64,000 nucleotides of DNA from Vicinamibacteria bacterium (lineage in GTDB: Bacteria; Acidobacteriota; Vicinamibacteria; Marinacidobacterales; Marinacidobacteraceae): assembly GCA_963555995.3 (NCBI GenBank), contig OY821641.1, positions 1,408,001 to 1,472,000 on the forward strand, given 5' to 3'. The notes under the pieces were generated by a model. It saw nothing but the letters and a program-made list of their open reading frames with translations, searched no databases and had not been told where the DNA came from. A program made the translations under genes and the position numbers. Positions 20,478-29,841 of this stretch are shown here, one piece after another (within the stretch, counting starts at the first letter, position 1; the number at the start of each line of letters is the position of its first letter).

Positions 20478-21286
20478 GCCGTCGCCTGCTCCTGGCCTCG
20501 CTGGGACTGGCCGCGGGGATCGGACTGCCTGGAGCCGCGGTCTCGCAGGAGAGTCCCGAGGCCGAGGCGGCGGCCGCCGCCCGGAGCTATGACGCGGGGG
20601 CCTACGAGGCCGCGGCGGCCGGCTATCGCCGGCTGCTCGCGGCCCCCGGAGGTCTCGACCGGGCCGCGCTTCACTACAACCTCGGAAACGCCGAGTACCG
20701 GACCGGCCGGCTCGGCCACGCGATGCTGCACTGGGAGCGCTCGCTCGCGATCCGGCCCGGCGACGGAGACGCCCGGGCCAACGTCGCCCTCGCGCGCGCC
20801 GTCCTCGACCGGCGGCTCACCGAGGCCGCGGCGGCCGGCGACCCGGACACGTTCCTGCTCGAGTTGCTCCGGTCCATGCAGGGGTTCCAGGTCTGGCTGC
20901 GCCGGACGCCGCCGTCGCGCTTTGCCGGGTCGCTCAGCGCGTTCGTGCTGCTGGCCGGCGCCTGCTGGACCTTCCTGATGATCCGGCGCGGCCGGCGGGG
21001 GTTGCTGCTGGCCGTTCTCGGACTCTCCCTCATCGCCACGACGGCCTCCGGGGTCCTCCTCCAGCTCCGGCTCACGGTTCCGCCGGTGGCGGTGGTGGTG
21101 CAGCCGGGCGCCGCGCTGCGCAGCGGCCCCGGCCATTCGTTCCCGCAGCTCGCCGCGCTCCCGGAGGGGCTCTACCTGGAACTCGACCGCGAGGGTGGGG
21201 CGCAGGACGGGTTCCGGCGCGTGGTCGCGGCCGGCATCGTGGGCTACGCCGACGGGGAGAGCGTCGTCCCGGTGGACGAGCGCTAG
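20474..21286 (+). CDS. batE: BatE-like TPR + SH3 protein
   Basis: ATG 20474 overlaps the batD stop; LHYNLGNAEY, ARANV, two TM helices, LRSGPG (SH3). Confidence 0.8.
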   Translation: MSRRLLLASLGLAAGIGLPGAAVSQESPEAEAAAAARSYDAGAYEAAAAGYRRLLAAPGGLDRAALHYNLGNAEYRTGRLGHAMLHWERSLAIRPGDGDARANVALARAVLDRRLTEAAAAGDPDTFLLELLRSMQGFQVWLRRTPPSRFAGSLSAFVLLAGACWTFLMIRRGRRGLLLAVLGLSLIATTASGVLLQLRLTVPPVAVVVQPGAALRSGPGHSFPQLAALPEGLYLELDREGGAQDGFRRVVAAGIVGYADGESVVPVDER

Positions 21287-21309
21287 CTAGCTGCTCAGGA
21301 CGGGCGTCG

Positions 21310-22632
21310 TCAGTCGATCGCTCCGTCCAGGCGCCGAAGGGACTCGAGGAGCACCCGGGCCCCGTTCGTGATGTCGGAGACGCTCGTGAACTCCCGGGGT
21401 GAATGGCTGATCCCGTCCTGGCTCGGGACGAAGATCATGCCGACGGGCGCCAGCACGGCGATGGACTGGGCGTCGTGTCCCGCTCCGGACGGCATGCGCA
21501 CGTTCGATAACCCGAGGCTTGTGGCGGCGGCCTCCATGGTGTCCATGAACAGCGGGTCGCAGGGGGCGGCGCGGCTCAGGTAGTACTCCTCGAAGGTGAT
21601 GTCCGTCTGGTTCCGGCGCGCGATCTCGCGTCCCAGCTCCTGGAAACGCTGGTAGAGGGCCTCGATCGTCTCCATCCTGAGGTCCCGGATTTCGAGAGTC
21701 AGGTCGACCGCGCCCGGAATGACGTTCGCCGCGCCGGGGTGCGCCTCGATGCGGCCGACCGTGGCTACCTGCCGCCCCGGCCACGCCTGGGTCTCCTCGT
21801 GGACCGCCACCAGGAAGCGGCCCGCGGTCACGAGCGCGTCCCGGCGGATCCCCATCGCGGTGGTGCCCGCGTGGTTTGCGAACCCGGATACCCGAACCTG
21901 GAAGCGTCGGATGCCGACGATGCCCTCGACGATACCGATGGCGATCCCCTCGGTGGCGAGGGTGGGGCTCTGTTCGACGTGCAGTTCGAGGAAGCCCGCA
22001 TAGTGACCGGGTTCGAGGGCCGCCTCGGTGATGCGTTCCGGCGAGCCGCCCACCCGGGCGAGCGCCTGGCCCAGGGTCAACCCGCCGTACACCGGCAGGT
22101 CCATCTCGTCCGGGGTGACTTCCCCGGCGAGCGCCCGGCTTCCGGTCTTCCCGTTCTCCTCGTTGAAGAAGTCGACCACTTCGAGGGGGTGCCGGAGCGG
22201 CGTGCCCGAGGCGGCGATGGCGGTCGCTGCCTCGAGGGAGGCGATCGAGCCGGCCACCCCGTCGAAGTTCCCGCCCGCCGGAACCGAATCGAGGTGCGAC
22301 CCGGTGAGCAGGGGAGGCAGCGAGGCATCGGTTCCGGCGAGGCGTCCGATCAGGTTGCCGGCGAGATCGGTGCGCACCTCGAATCCGGCCTCCTCGAGCC
22401 AACCGGCGAAGGCCTCGCGGGCCGCGAGATCGGCGTCGCTCCCCGCGGTTCGGAAGGCGCCCTCCGGCATCGCGCCGAACCCGGCGATGGCTTCCAACCG
22501 GCTGGCGACGCGTTCACCGTCAACGCCGTCCTGAAGGGTTCGGGACGCGCGGGCGAGGCGGGGGACGGAAGCGAAGGCCGCGGCGGCGGGAGCCGTACGG
22601 GCCAGGAATTCGCGGCGGGTGGGGTGGGGCAT
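21310..22632 (-). CDS. Tat-exported M20 Zn-dependent amidohydrolase (allantoate/N-carbamoyl-amino acid type)
   Basis: TRREFL Tat motif; GSHLDSV, GNFDG, NEE, ELHVEQ, NHAGTT, SGAGHDAQ, GISHSPRE. Confidence 0.92.
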   Translation of the reverse strand: MPHPTRREFLARTAPAAAAFASVPRLARASRTLQDGVDGERVASRLEAIAGFGAMPEGAFRTAGSDADLAAREAFAGWLEEAGFEVRTDLAGNLIGRLAGTDASLPPLLTGSHLDSVPAGGNFDGVAGSIASLEAATAIAASGTPLRHPLEVVDFFNEENGKTGSRALAGEVTPDEMDLPVYGGLTLGQALARVGGSPERITEAALEPGHYAGFLELHVEQSPTLATEGIAIGIVEGIVGIRRFQVRVSGFANHAGTTAMGIRRDALVTAGRFLVAVHEETQAWPGRQVATVGRIEAHPGAANVIPGAVDLTLEIRDLRMETIEALYQRFQELGREIARRNQTDITFEEYYLSRAAPCDPLFMDTMEAAATSLGLSNVRMPSGAGHDAQSIAVLAPVGMIFVPSQDGISHSPREFTSVSDITNGARVLLESLRRLDGAID

Positions 22633-22754
22633 CCGGGCAATTGTGCGCTTTCCGGATCGGCTGGTGTCCCCGCCCGCCCGGTACCGCCGTTTCGGCGTCT
22701 CCGGGCGGCGCGCTGGTATGTTTCCGCCGAAGTTCAGCGGAACCCCGGAAACGC

Positions 22755-23858
22755 ATGACGAGAGCGGCGCGCCCGATGACCCGCCGGGCGTTTCTGAAGC
22801 CGAACCGCCGACGCCGGTCCCAGGACGAGCGGCTCACGCCCGACGGATACGCGGAAATGGTGGCCGCCTACCGCGACGGCCGGTTCATCGAAATGGCCCG
22901 GCGGGCCGGCCTCCGCGTCCCGGTGGAGATGCGCGACGCGCAGCGGGGATTCCTCGACCGGCTGCCTCCGGTGCGTGATCCCGAGGGACTCCGGGCACGG
23001 ATGGCGGCGGCGCTCCTGCACGCGGAGACGGTGGCTCATTTCGGCTGGAACCGGGCGATCTGGTCCATCCGAGAACCCGTGGACGAGCTTCCGCGGCGCT
23101 GGCCCGGGGACCTCCCGGACCAGGCCCGTCAGGAGGCGGTCGCGAGCTGGGGAAGGGAGGGCGCCGGCAACTTCCGCAATCTGTTCTGGCGTGAAGTGGT
23201 GCTCATGGCGGCCCGGCTCCGGCTGGCGCGGATGGACCTGTTGTCCGCCAGCCGGATCCTCGTGGAGGCGGAGCCCGGGCGCGACGCCGCCATCGCCTGG
23301 CAACTCGCCGTGGTCTGGTCGGTGCGGGCTCGCTACGTTCGGGAGGACGGCCTCTGGAGCGATACGAGGGACCTGTTCCGGGAGGCGGCGCGGCGGAAGC
23401 TGGTGAGCCGGGAGGTGTCCGTGAACTCGTTCCGGACCGTCGCACGCGCTCTCGGGGATGAGGACGACCTGAACCTCCGGCTCGCGCTCGTCGCGCTCGG
23501 CGAGGGGCGGACCAGCCGCGCCGCCGACCGCCTGCGGGAGGTGAGGGACAAGCCCGCGCTCCGGCTCCAGTTGCCGCGGCTCATGCTGCTGGGCGAGACC
23601 CGGATCGCCGAGAACCGGCTCGATCACGCGGTCCGCGACCTGCGGCAGGCGGTGGAGCTGGCCCCCACCTCCCACGCCGTGGTCGCCGCGCTGGTCGCGG
23701 CGCTCGAGGCGCGGGGGCGCTGGGACGAGGCGGCGGAACTCGCGACCGAGCAGATGGGGCTGGAGCGCGGAGACCGCGCCTGGACGGATTTCCTCATCAC
23801 CTGGGCGAAACCGCAGGAGCCCGCGCTCGATTGGCTGCGCAACCTGGTCCGGACGTGA
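22755..23858 (+). CDS. TPR-like hypothetical protein
   Basis: Helical repeats (LRQAVELAP, GRWDEAAEL); translationally coupled to the VWA gene. Confidence 0.65.
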   Translation: MTRAARPMTRRAFLKPNRRRRSQDERLTPDGYAEMVAAYRDGRFIEMARRAGLRVPVEMRDAQRGFLDRLPPVRDPEGLRARMAAALLHAETVAHFGWNRAIWSIREPVDELPRRWPGDLPDQARQEAVASWGREGAGNFRNLFWREVVLMAARLRLARMDLLSASRILVEAEPGRDAAIAWQLAVVWSVRARYVREDGLWSDTRDLFREAARRKLVSREVSVNSFRTVARALGDEDDLNLRLALVALGEGRTSRAADRLREVRDKPALRLQLPRLMLLGETRIAENRLDHAVRDLRQAVELAPTSHAVVAALVAALEARGRWDEAAELATEQMGLERGDRAWTDFLITWAKPQEPALDWLRNLVRT

Positions 23859-24787
23859 CCCCGCGGCGCCGGGACGCCGGAGCGCCGTCGGCGCCGTTCC
23901 GGACCCGCCGTTTCGGGCCACTGACGCTTCTCGCCGCGGCCTCGGCGGCTCTCATCGCCCCGCCCGCTGCGACAGCCCAGTTCCGGGTGGAGACCCGCGC
24001 CGTCCTGGTGGACGTCTCGGTGACCCGCGACGGCCCGGTGCGCGGGCTCCGGAAGGAGGACTTCGAGCTGCGGGTCGCGGGTCAGCCCCGGGACTTCCGG
24101 CTGCTCGATCCGGAGTCGCTGCCGCTTGCGGTGCTCTTCGCGATGGACGTGAGCGCGAGCACCGCCGGGGAGCGGCGGCGGCGGCTGGCGGCGGGCGCGC
24201 GGCAGTTCGCCGGGGCGCTCACCGAACTCGACGACTGCGGCGTGGTGGCGTTCTCGAACCGCGCGCGCTGGGTCCGCGAGTTCGGGCCCTGCGGCCCCGA
24301 CGTGGGCGCGGGCCTGCTTCAGAGCAGCGGCGGCGGAGCGACGGCGCTCTGGGACGGCATCGTGATGTCCCTGGCGGCGCTCCACTGGGGGAGCGGCCGG
24401 CCGGTGCTGCTGCTGTTCACCGACGGGATGGACAACCTGAGCTGGGCGCGCGAGCAGCACATCCGACGCTCCGTCCAGGCCTCCGAAGTCCTCCTCTATT
24501 CGATCATCGCGCCCGTGCCCCGGGCCTCGCGGAACCTGCGGCCGGACCGGAGCGGGATCGAACTCCTCGAAGATCTGGTCCGGACTACCGGCGGCCGTTC
24601 GGTGACCATCCGTTCGGACGAGGATCTCGAGGAAGCCTTCCGGGAGGTCCTGCGCGATCTCCGGGTGCGCTATGTGCTCGCGTTCAGTCCCGACCCGGAG
24701 CGCCGGGGTTTCGTGCCCATCGAGGTCCGCGTGAAGCAGCGGCGGGTCCGGGTCCGCGCCCGCGAGGGGTATACGGCACGGCCCTGA
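23855..24787 (+). CDS. VWA domain protein (acidobacterial VWFA-related type)
   Basis: FRVETRAVLVDVSV, DVSAST, TALWD, LFTDG, YVLAF, VRAREGY. Confidence 0.85.
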   Translation: MTPRRRDAGAPSAPFRTRRFGPLTLLAAASAALIAPPAATAQFRVETRAVLVDVSVTRDGPVRGLRKEDFELRVAGQPRDFRLLDPESLPLAVLFAMDVSASTAGERRRRLAAGARQFAGALTELDDCGVVAFSNRARWVREFGPCGPDVGAGLLQSSGGGATALWDGIVMSLAALHWGSGRPVLLLFTDGMDNLSWAREQHIRRSVQASEVLLYSIIAPVPRASRNLRPDRSGIELLEDLVRTTGGRSVTIRSDEDLEEAFREVLRDLRVRYVLAFSPDPERRGFVPIEVRVKQRRVRVRAREGYTARP

Positions 24788-24851
24788 GCTGAAGGAGCCA
24801 CCGCCGGGAAACGTCGGCCGGTCCGCTGGTGGGCGAGATGCCTGCCGCGAC

Positions 24852-25268
24852 TCACGCGGGGACCGCGCTGTCCGCCGCCAGCCGCGCCGACCAGTTCGTC
24901 TCGGTGTCCTTCGCGAGGCTGTGGAGGACGCTGCAGTACTTGGCGAACGAGAGCTCGACGGACTGTTCGAGGCGGTCCTGGACCACGTCGCCGCCGGAGG
25001 CGGTGAACTCCAGCCGGATGCTGACGAAGCGCCTCGGGTGATCGTCGGCGCGCTCGCCGGAGACGCGGGCCGAGAGGCGTTCCGGCGCGCGGCGCATGCG
25101 CTTCAGGATGTGGACGATGTCAATCGCCATGCAGCCGGCCACGGCGGCGAGCAGGGACTCCATGGGCGACGGGCCGTCCCGCGCTTCGCTGTCGAGCGTG
25201 ACCGAGGCCCCGGAGGGGGTGGTGACGCGGTAGCCGGTGGCTCCGTTCCATTCGAGTTCTACGTGCAT
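24852..25268 (-). CDS. OsmC family protein
   Basis: GPSPMESLLAAVAGC, KYCSV. Confidence 0.9.
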   Translation of the reverse strand: MHVELEWNGATGYRVTTPSGASVTLDSEARDGPSPMESLLAAVAGCMAIDIVHILKRMRRAPERLSARVSGERADDHPRRFVSIRLEFTASGGDVVQDRLEQSVELSFAKYCSVLHSLAKDTETNWSARLAADSAVPA

Positions 25269-25357
25269 GGGGTTCTCTTGTTGGGGTGGGTCAGGGGGTT
25301 GCGGTAAGTGCGTTCTGGCTCCTTGGGGATTCGGGATTTCGCTGCGCTGCGCGCAGC

Positions 25358-25387
25358 GGTGCCGGTCTGAAGACCGGCGCTCCCTAC
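25358..25387 (-). repeat. GTAG-type REP element
   Basis: Minus strand reads GTAGGGAGCGCCGGTCTTCAGACCGGCACC, right after the fabB stop. Confidence 0.7.
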
Positions 25388-25392
25388 CCCCC

Positions 25393-26640
25393 TCAGCGTT
25401 CCCGGCGGAGGACCAGGGAGACGTTCGTGCCGCCGAAGCCGAAGGAGTTGGAGAGGGCCCATTCCGCATCGGTCGCGGTCGGCCGCACTACGGGCGGGTA
25501 GTCCTCCAGCTCGGGATCGAGAGGTTCGGCGTTCACCGACGGCGCGAGCCAGCCTTCGCGGAGCATGAGCAGGGTGAAGGCGGCCTCCAGGGCGCCGGCG
25601 GCGGATACGGTGTGGCCCGTGTAGCCCTTCGTCGAGCCGTAGGGGACCGGGGCGTCCTCGAAGACCCGGCGGATGGCCCGCACCTCCGAGATGTCGCCGA
25701 GCGGGGTGGAGGTGCCGTGGGTGTTGATGTATCCGACCCGCTCGCGGAGCAGCCGCGCGTGGCGGAGCGCCCGGCCCATCGCCAGTTCCGCCCCTTCGCT
25801 GTCCGGGGCCACCATCTCGCCGGTCCCGTCGGAGGACATGCCAAAGCCAGCGACGGAACCGAGGATCTCCGCGCCGCGCCGTTCGGCGGACTCGCGCGAC
25901 TCCAGCGCCAGGATGCCGGCGCCCTCCCCGAAGATGAAGCCGGCGCGGTCGGCGGCGTAGGGTCGCGACGCCATCTCGGGGCGGTGGTTGTCCAGCCGGG
26001 TATAGGCGCGCATGGAGTCGAACCCGAGATGGAAGTGCACGTCCTCGGCTTCGACGCCGCCCGCCAGCGCATGGTCCACGATGCCCTCCCGGATCCACGA
26101 AGAGGCGATGGCGAGGTTGTAGGCGCCCCCGGCGCAGGCCGCCGTCGCCGACAGCGACGGACCCCGCGTCTTCAGTACCGTCGCCAGGTTCGCGGACACC
26201 GTGGAGGCCATGATGCGCGGGATCGTGGTGGGGAGCACCTTGACACGGCCGCCGCGCTGGACGCGCCGGACCACCTCGCGGTGCGTCTCGATTTCTCCGG
26301 TGCCGGTGCCGACCACCACCGCCAGTTCCCGGGTCGGGAGCCCGGACTGTTCGAGGGCGAGCCGGGCGGCGCGGACGGCGAGCAGCGACATGCGGCCCAT
26401 GAAGCGCGCCTCGGAACGGCTGAGTCCCAGGTCCGCCGGATCGAGGGCGTCCCGGTAGGCGCCGACCAGTTGACACCCCGTCTGGTACTCGACCCCGGGC
26501 GGGTACACCGAACAGGGAACCTGAGCCCCCGCCTTCAAAGTCTCGCGGTGCGCGGCGGTTCCGGTGCCGACCTGGGACAGGAGGCCCATCCCGGTGACGA
26601 CCGGGTCACGCGGCGAGACGGAGGGGTGGGGTTCTGACAA
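25393..26640 (-). CDS. fabB: Beta-ketoacyl-ACP synthase (KAS I/II)
   Basis: TAACA (catalytic Cys), INTHGTSTPLGD, STKGYTGH, SNSFGFGGTN. Confidence 0.85.
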   Translation of the reverse strand: MSEPHPSVSPRDPVVTGMGLLSQVGTGTAAHRETLKAGAQVPCSVYPPGVEYQTGCQLVGAYRDALDPADLGLSRSEARFMGRMSLLAVRAARLALEQSGLPTRELAVVVGTGTGEIETHREVVRRVQRGGRVKVLPTTIPRIMASTVSANLATVLKTRGPSLSATAACAGGAYNLAIASSWIREGIVDHALAGGVEAEDVHFHLGFDSMRAYTRLDNHRPEMASRPYAADRAGFIFGEGAGILALESRESAERRGAEILGSVAGFGMSSDGTGEMVAPDSEGAELAMGRALRHARLLRERVGYINTHGTSTPLGDISEVRAIRRVFEDAPVPYGSTKGYTGHTVSAAGALEAAFTLLMLREGWLAPSVNAEPLDPELEDYPPVVRPTATDAEWALSNSFGFGGTNVSLVLRRER

Positions 26641-26737
26641 GAGATTCTCCTGACCGGACTAGGATGCCGACCCCGGAGCCGTCACGGAAGGATGCGCGGC
26701 AACTCGCGGCGGGCATTCCAGGGAGAAGGGAAGGCGC

Positions 26738-27892
26738 ATGATGGTCCACTCGCGAGTCGCGATCCTCGGTTTCGTTCTGCTGGCGGCATCCGCGTGGATA
26801 CCGGGATGCGGCGGCGGAACGGTAACGCCTCCGCGGGAGCAGGGGTCCGGAACACTCGGGGCCGCGGCGGCAGACCTGGAGTGGGCGCGGGACTTTGTGG
26901 CCCGGCAATTCGTGGTGGACGGCACCGCCAGCAGCCTCGCCAGGGTGGACCCGGACTGCTCCGCCGGGTGCGAGCGCAGCGTCTTTCCCGGTACCGGCCC
27001 GGGAGATTTCGGGACGCTCAAGGCGGTCACCGGGATTGACCTGGGGGTGTTCAGCATGAGTGGCTTCGGACTCGACGGCATGGTGGATTTCCGGGACCGG
27101 ACCACCGACGGGACGATTGCGAACGCACGGGTGGTTCTCAGCTATGACGACATCGAAACCGCGCGGGAGAACGGCGAATACGGCTACCTGTTCTACGTGC
27201 AGTCGCGGGTCCCGCCGCAATGGCAGCTCGGCGGGGGCCTCGCCCCTCTGGAGCGCTGGTACGACGAGGGTCTGCGGGTCCTGCAGCTTCGGTACGGGGA
27301 CAAGGAGGGAGACGATCCCGACGAGCGGCTCGCCTACGGTTCCTACGAGGGGGATGACCAAGGGGTTACGGAACTGGGCCGCAGGGCCATCGCCGAGATG
27401 AACCGGCTGGGCATGATCGTGGACGTTTCGCATCTCAGCCGGCAGTCCACGCTGGACGCGGCGTCCCTGTCCACGAAGCCGGTCCTCGCCACCCACACGA
27501 ACGCGGCGGCGCTGACCCCCCAGCCCCGCACCAAGGACGACGACGAACTGCGGGCCATCGCGGCCACCGGCGGCGTGATCGGGGTCACGCCGATCGGCTG
27601 GATGATGGACCGGGACGGTGACGGGAAGGCGGGTATGGCCGATCTGATCGCCCACCTCGAGTACATCGTGGGACTCGTCGGAGTGGACCACGTCGGCGTC
27701 GCGACGGACGCCGCGCTCGACGGCTGGGACCCGGACTCGCGTCACTATGCAGATGCCGAGACCGCGGCGTTGGATCGGTGGGTGCGCCTCACCGCCGAAC
27801 TCCACGCGCGCGGCTGGAACGAGGAGGACCTGGCGAAGCTGCTGGGCGGCAACTTCCTGCGGGTGTTCGCCGAAGTGCTCGGGACGCCCTGA
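26738..27892 (+). CDS. Membrane dipeptidase (M19) family lipoprotein
   Basis: Lipobox IPGC; EMNRLGMIVDVSH, THT, GVDHVGVATD, LLGGNFLRV. Confidence 0.85.
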   Translation: MMVHSRVAILGFVLLAASAWIPGCGGGTVTPPREQGSGTLGAAAADLEWARDFVARQFVVDGTASSLARVDPDCSAGCERSVFPGTGPGDFGTLKAVTGIDLGVFSMSGFGLDGMVDFRDRTTDGTIANARVVLSYDDIETARENGEYGYLFYVQSRVPPQWQLGGGLAPLERWYDEGLRVLQLRYGDKEGDDPDERLAYGSYEGDDQGVTELGRRAIAEMNRLGMIVDVSHLSRQSTLDAASLSTKPVLATHTNAAALTPQPRTKDDDELRAIAATGGVIGVTPIGWMMDRDGDGKAGMADLIAHLEYIVGLVGVDHVGVATDAALDGWDPDSRHYADAETAALDRWVRLTAELHARGWNEEDLAKLLGGNFLRVFAEVLGTP

Positions 27893-27954
27893 CCGGTCTC
27901 CGTACGCCCCGACTGGCACGCATCCTGCTAGATTCACTCTTTCGGGGATTTTCG

Positions 27955-28956
27955 ATGCGTGTCTCGGTAACGGCCTTCACCACCGCCCTCGCCGCGGTTC
28001 TCAGCTTCCCCGGCGCCACGTCGGCTCAGGGCCGCATTGACGGAGCCGGCTACCAGGAACTGTTGAACGAGGTCCGGGGCGGGCTTTTCATCAGTTCCGG
28101 CCGGGTGCTCGCCGGGTTCGATCCGGATTCCGTGGAACGGGTGGTCGGCGACTTCATCGCGTCCGCGCCCGGAGCGCGGGAACTCAAGACGGCCGCGCTT
28201 CTGCACACCGAGGCGACCGCGCACGGGCACCCCGAGACCCATATGGAGATGGCGCGGAATCTGCTCAAGGCGATTCCGGACCCCGCGGACCGCACCGACT
28301 GGACCCGGCGGTGGTGGCTGGCGCTTTGTTATTCCTACCAGGTGCAGCTTTCGGTCGGCCCCGGGGTGGCGGCTTTCGAGCGGGCGCTGGAGGACCTGCC
28401 CGACGACCACGAGGTCCGGCGGTCGTTCGCGGCGGCGCTCTGGATGTTCGGGAAACAGCGCGAGGAACCGACCTACCTGACGCGCGCCGGAGTCATGCTC
28501 CAGGAACTCCTCGAGGAGACTCCGGACGATCCCGACCTGCGGGTCCGCTTCGCCGGAGTGCTGCTCGATCTTGGGCGGCCGGAGGACGCCGCCTTCGTCC
28601 TCGACCAACTCGGCGACGCTCGTCTCCGGTCGGGCGCCCGGCTGGCTTCGCTGCTCATTCGCGGCGAGCTCGCGCTCGGGGCCGGAGAGTTCACCGCCGC
28701 CGAGGTCGCCTTCGCCGAGGCCGTCCGGCGCTCGCGGCGCTCACCGGCGGCCGTGGCCGGCCTCGTGGCGGCGCGCCTCAGCCAGGGTGACGCGGAGGGT
28801 GCTGCCGAGGCGGCCGGTGCCCTGCTTGCCCGGGCGCAAACGGGATGGGAACCGGAATGGCGCTACTGGCTCGGCCCGGCTCTCGAGTATCCCGGGATCT
28901 TCGAGGCGCTGAAGAACGAGGTGCGCGAGCCCGCGGAGGAAGGGGACGAACCATGA
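27955..28956 (+). CDS. Exported TPR protein
   Basis: Signal peptide; AALLHTE motif resembles AALLHAE in the 22755 gene; helical repeats. Confidence 0.7.
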   Translation: MRVSVTAFTTALAAVLSFPGATSAQGRIDGAGYQELLNEVRGGLFISSGRVLAGFDPDSVERVVGDFIASAPGARELKTAALLHTEATAHGHPETHMEMARNLLKAIPDPADRTDWTRRWWLALCYSYQVQLSVGPGVAAFERALEDLPDDHEVRRSFAAALWMFGKQREEPTYLTRAGVMLQELLEETPDDPDLRVRFAGVLLDLGRPEDAAFVLDQLGDARLRSGARLASLLIRGELALGAGEFTAAEVAFAEAVRRSRRSPAAVAGLVAARLSQGDAEGAAEAAGALLARAQTGWEPEWRYWLGPALEYPGIFEALKNEVREPAEEGDEP

Positions 28957-29834
28957 GAGAGTTCACGGCGCTGCTGTTCGCGATTCTGGTCCCGGGCTTC
29001 CTTTCCGCCGGCGGGATTTCCGAATCCGCCCGCGGGGAGAGTGTGTCGGAGCCAGCCCCGGCCGTGCGAATACAGGCTCACCCCGAGGCGCCATCGGCCC
29101 CCGGCGTCGGCGGCGCGGGGCTGGACCTGCTCCGGCGCCGGCGCGACGACTTGCCCCGTCCGGTCTGGACCGGGCAGGAACCGCTTTCCGTGGTCGTCGT
29201 GTTCGACCTGAGTTCCAGTGTCTCGGGAGCGCGGCTGCGGTCCGCGGTCGCCGGGGTGGAGGCGCTCTTCTCCGCGCTCGACGAAGAGGACCGTTGCGCG
29301 CTCCTCGGGTTCACCCGCTCGGTGGAACTCCACGCCGGCTGGGACGGAACCTGCGCCGATGCGGCGGCCGCGGCCGCGGAGTTGCGGAGCGGCGGTCCGG
29401 CGGCGTTCAACAACGCGCTCACCCTGGCGTTCGGCCTCCTCGCCGACCGGCCGGGACGCCCGGTCCTGGTGGTCTTCACGGACGGCGTGGACGGCGCCAG
29501 TTGGGCTCGCGACTCGTGGCCGCTCTTCGCCGCCGCCGGCGTGCCGCCTACCGTGCTGGCGATCACCGCCCCTCCCAACCTGACCCGGTCCGGCCGGGTC
29601 GGCGGGACCTACGGCAGCATCAGCGCCGAGGATCTGGCGAACCAGATCACGTTCGAAGGCCGGCATTTGCAGGACGAAGGCCGCGACATGCGGGGTCTCA
29701 GGAACGTGGATCCCTTCTGGGCGCTGACCTACCTGACCGCGATCAGCGGCGGGCAGTTGGTCCGGACCTCGGGCGATGCCGCGGAGATCGAATCGGCCCT
29801 CGCGGGCGCCCTCGACGCCCTGCAGCCGGAATAG
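28953..29834 (+). CDS. VWA domain protein
   Basis: VFDLSSSV, VFTDGVD, SGG; coupled to the upstream TPR gene. Confidence 0.8.
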   Translation: MREFTALLFAILVPGFLSAGGISESARGESVSEPAPAVRIQAHPEAPSAPGVGGAGLDLLRRRRDDLPRPVWTGQEPLSVVVVFDLSSSVSGARLRSAVAGVEALFSALDEEDRCALLGFTRSVELHAGWDGTCADAAAAAAELRSGGPAAFNNALTLAFGLLADRPGRPVLVVFTDGVDGASWARDSWPLFAAAGVPPTVLAITAPPNLTRSGRVGGTYGSISAEDLANQITFEGRHLQDEGRDMRGLRNVDPFWALTYLTAISGGQLVRTSGDAAEIESALAGALDALQPE

Positions 29835-29841
29835 CGCGGCG

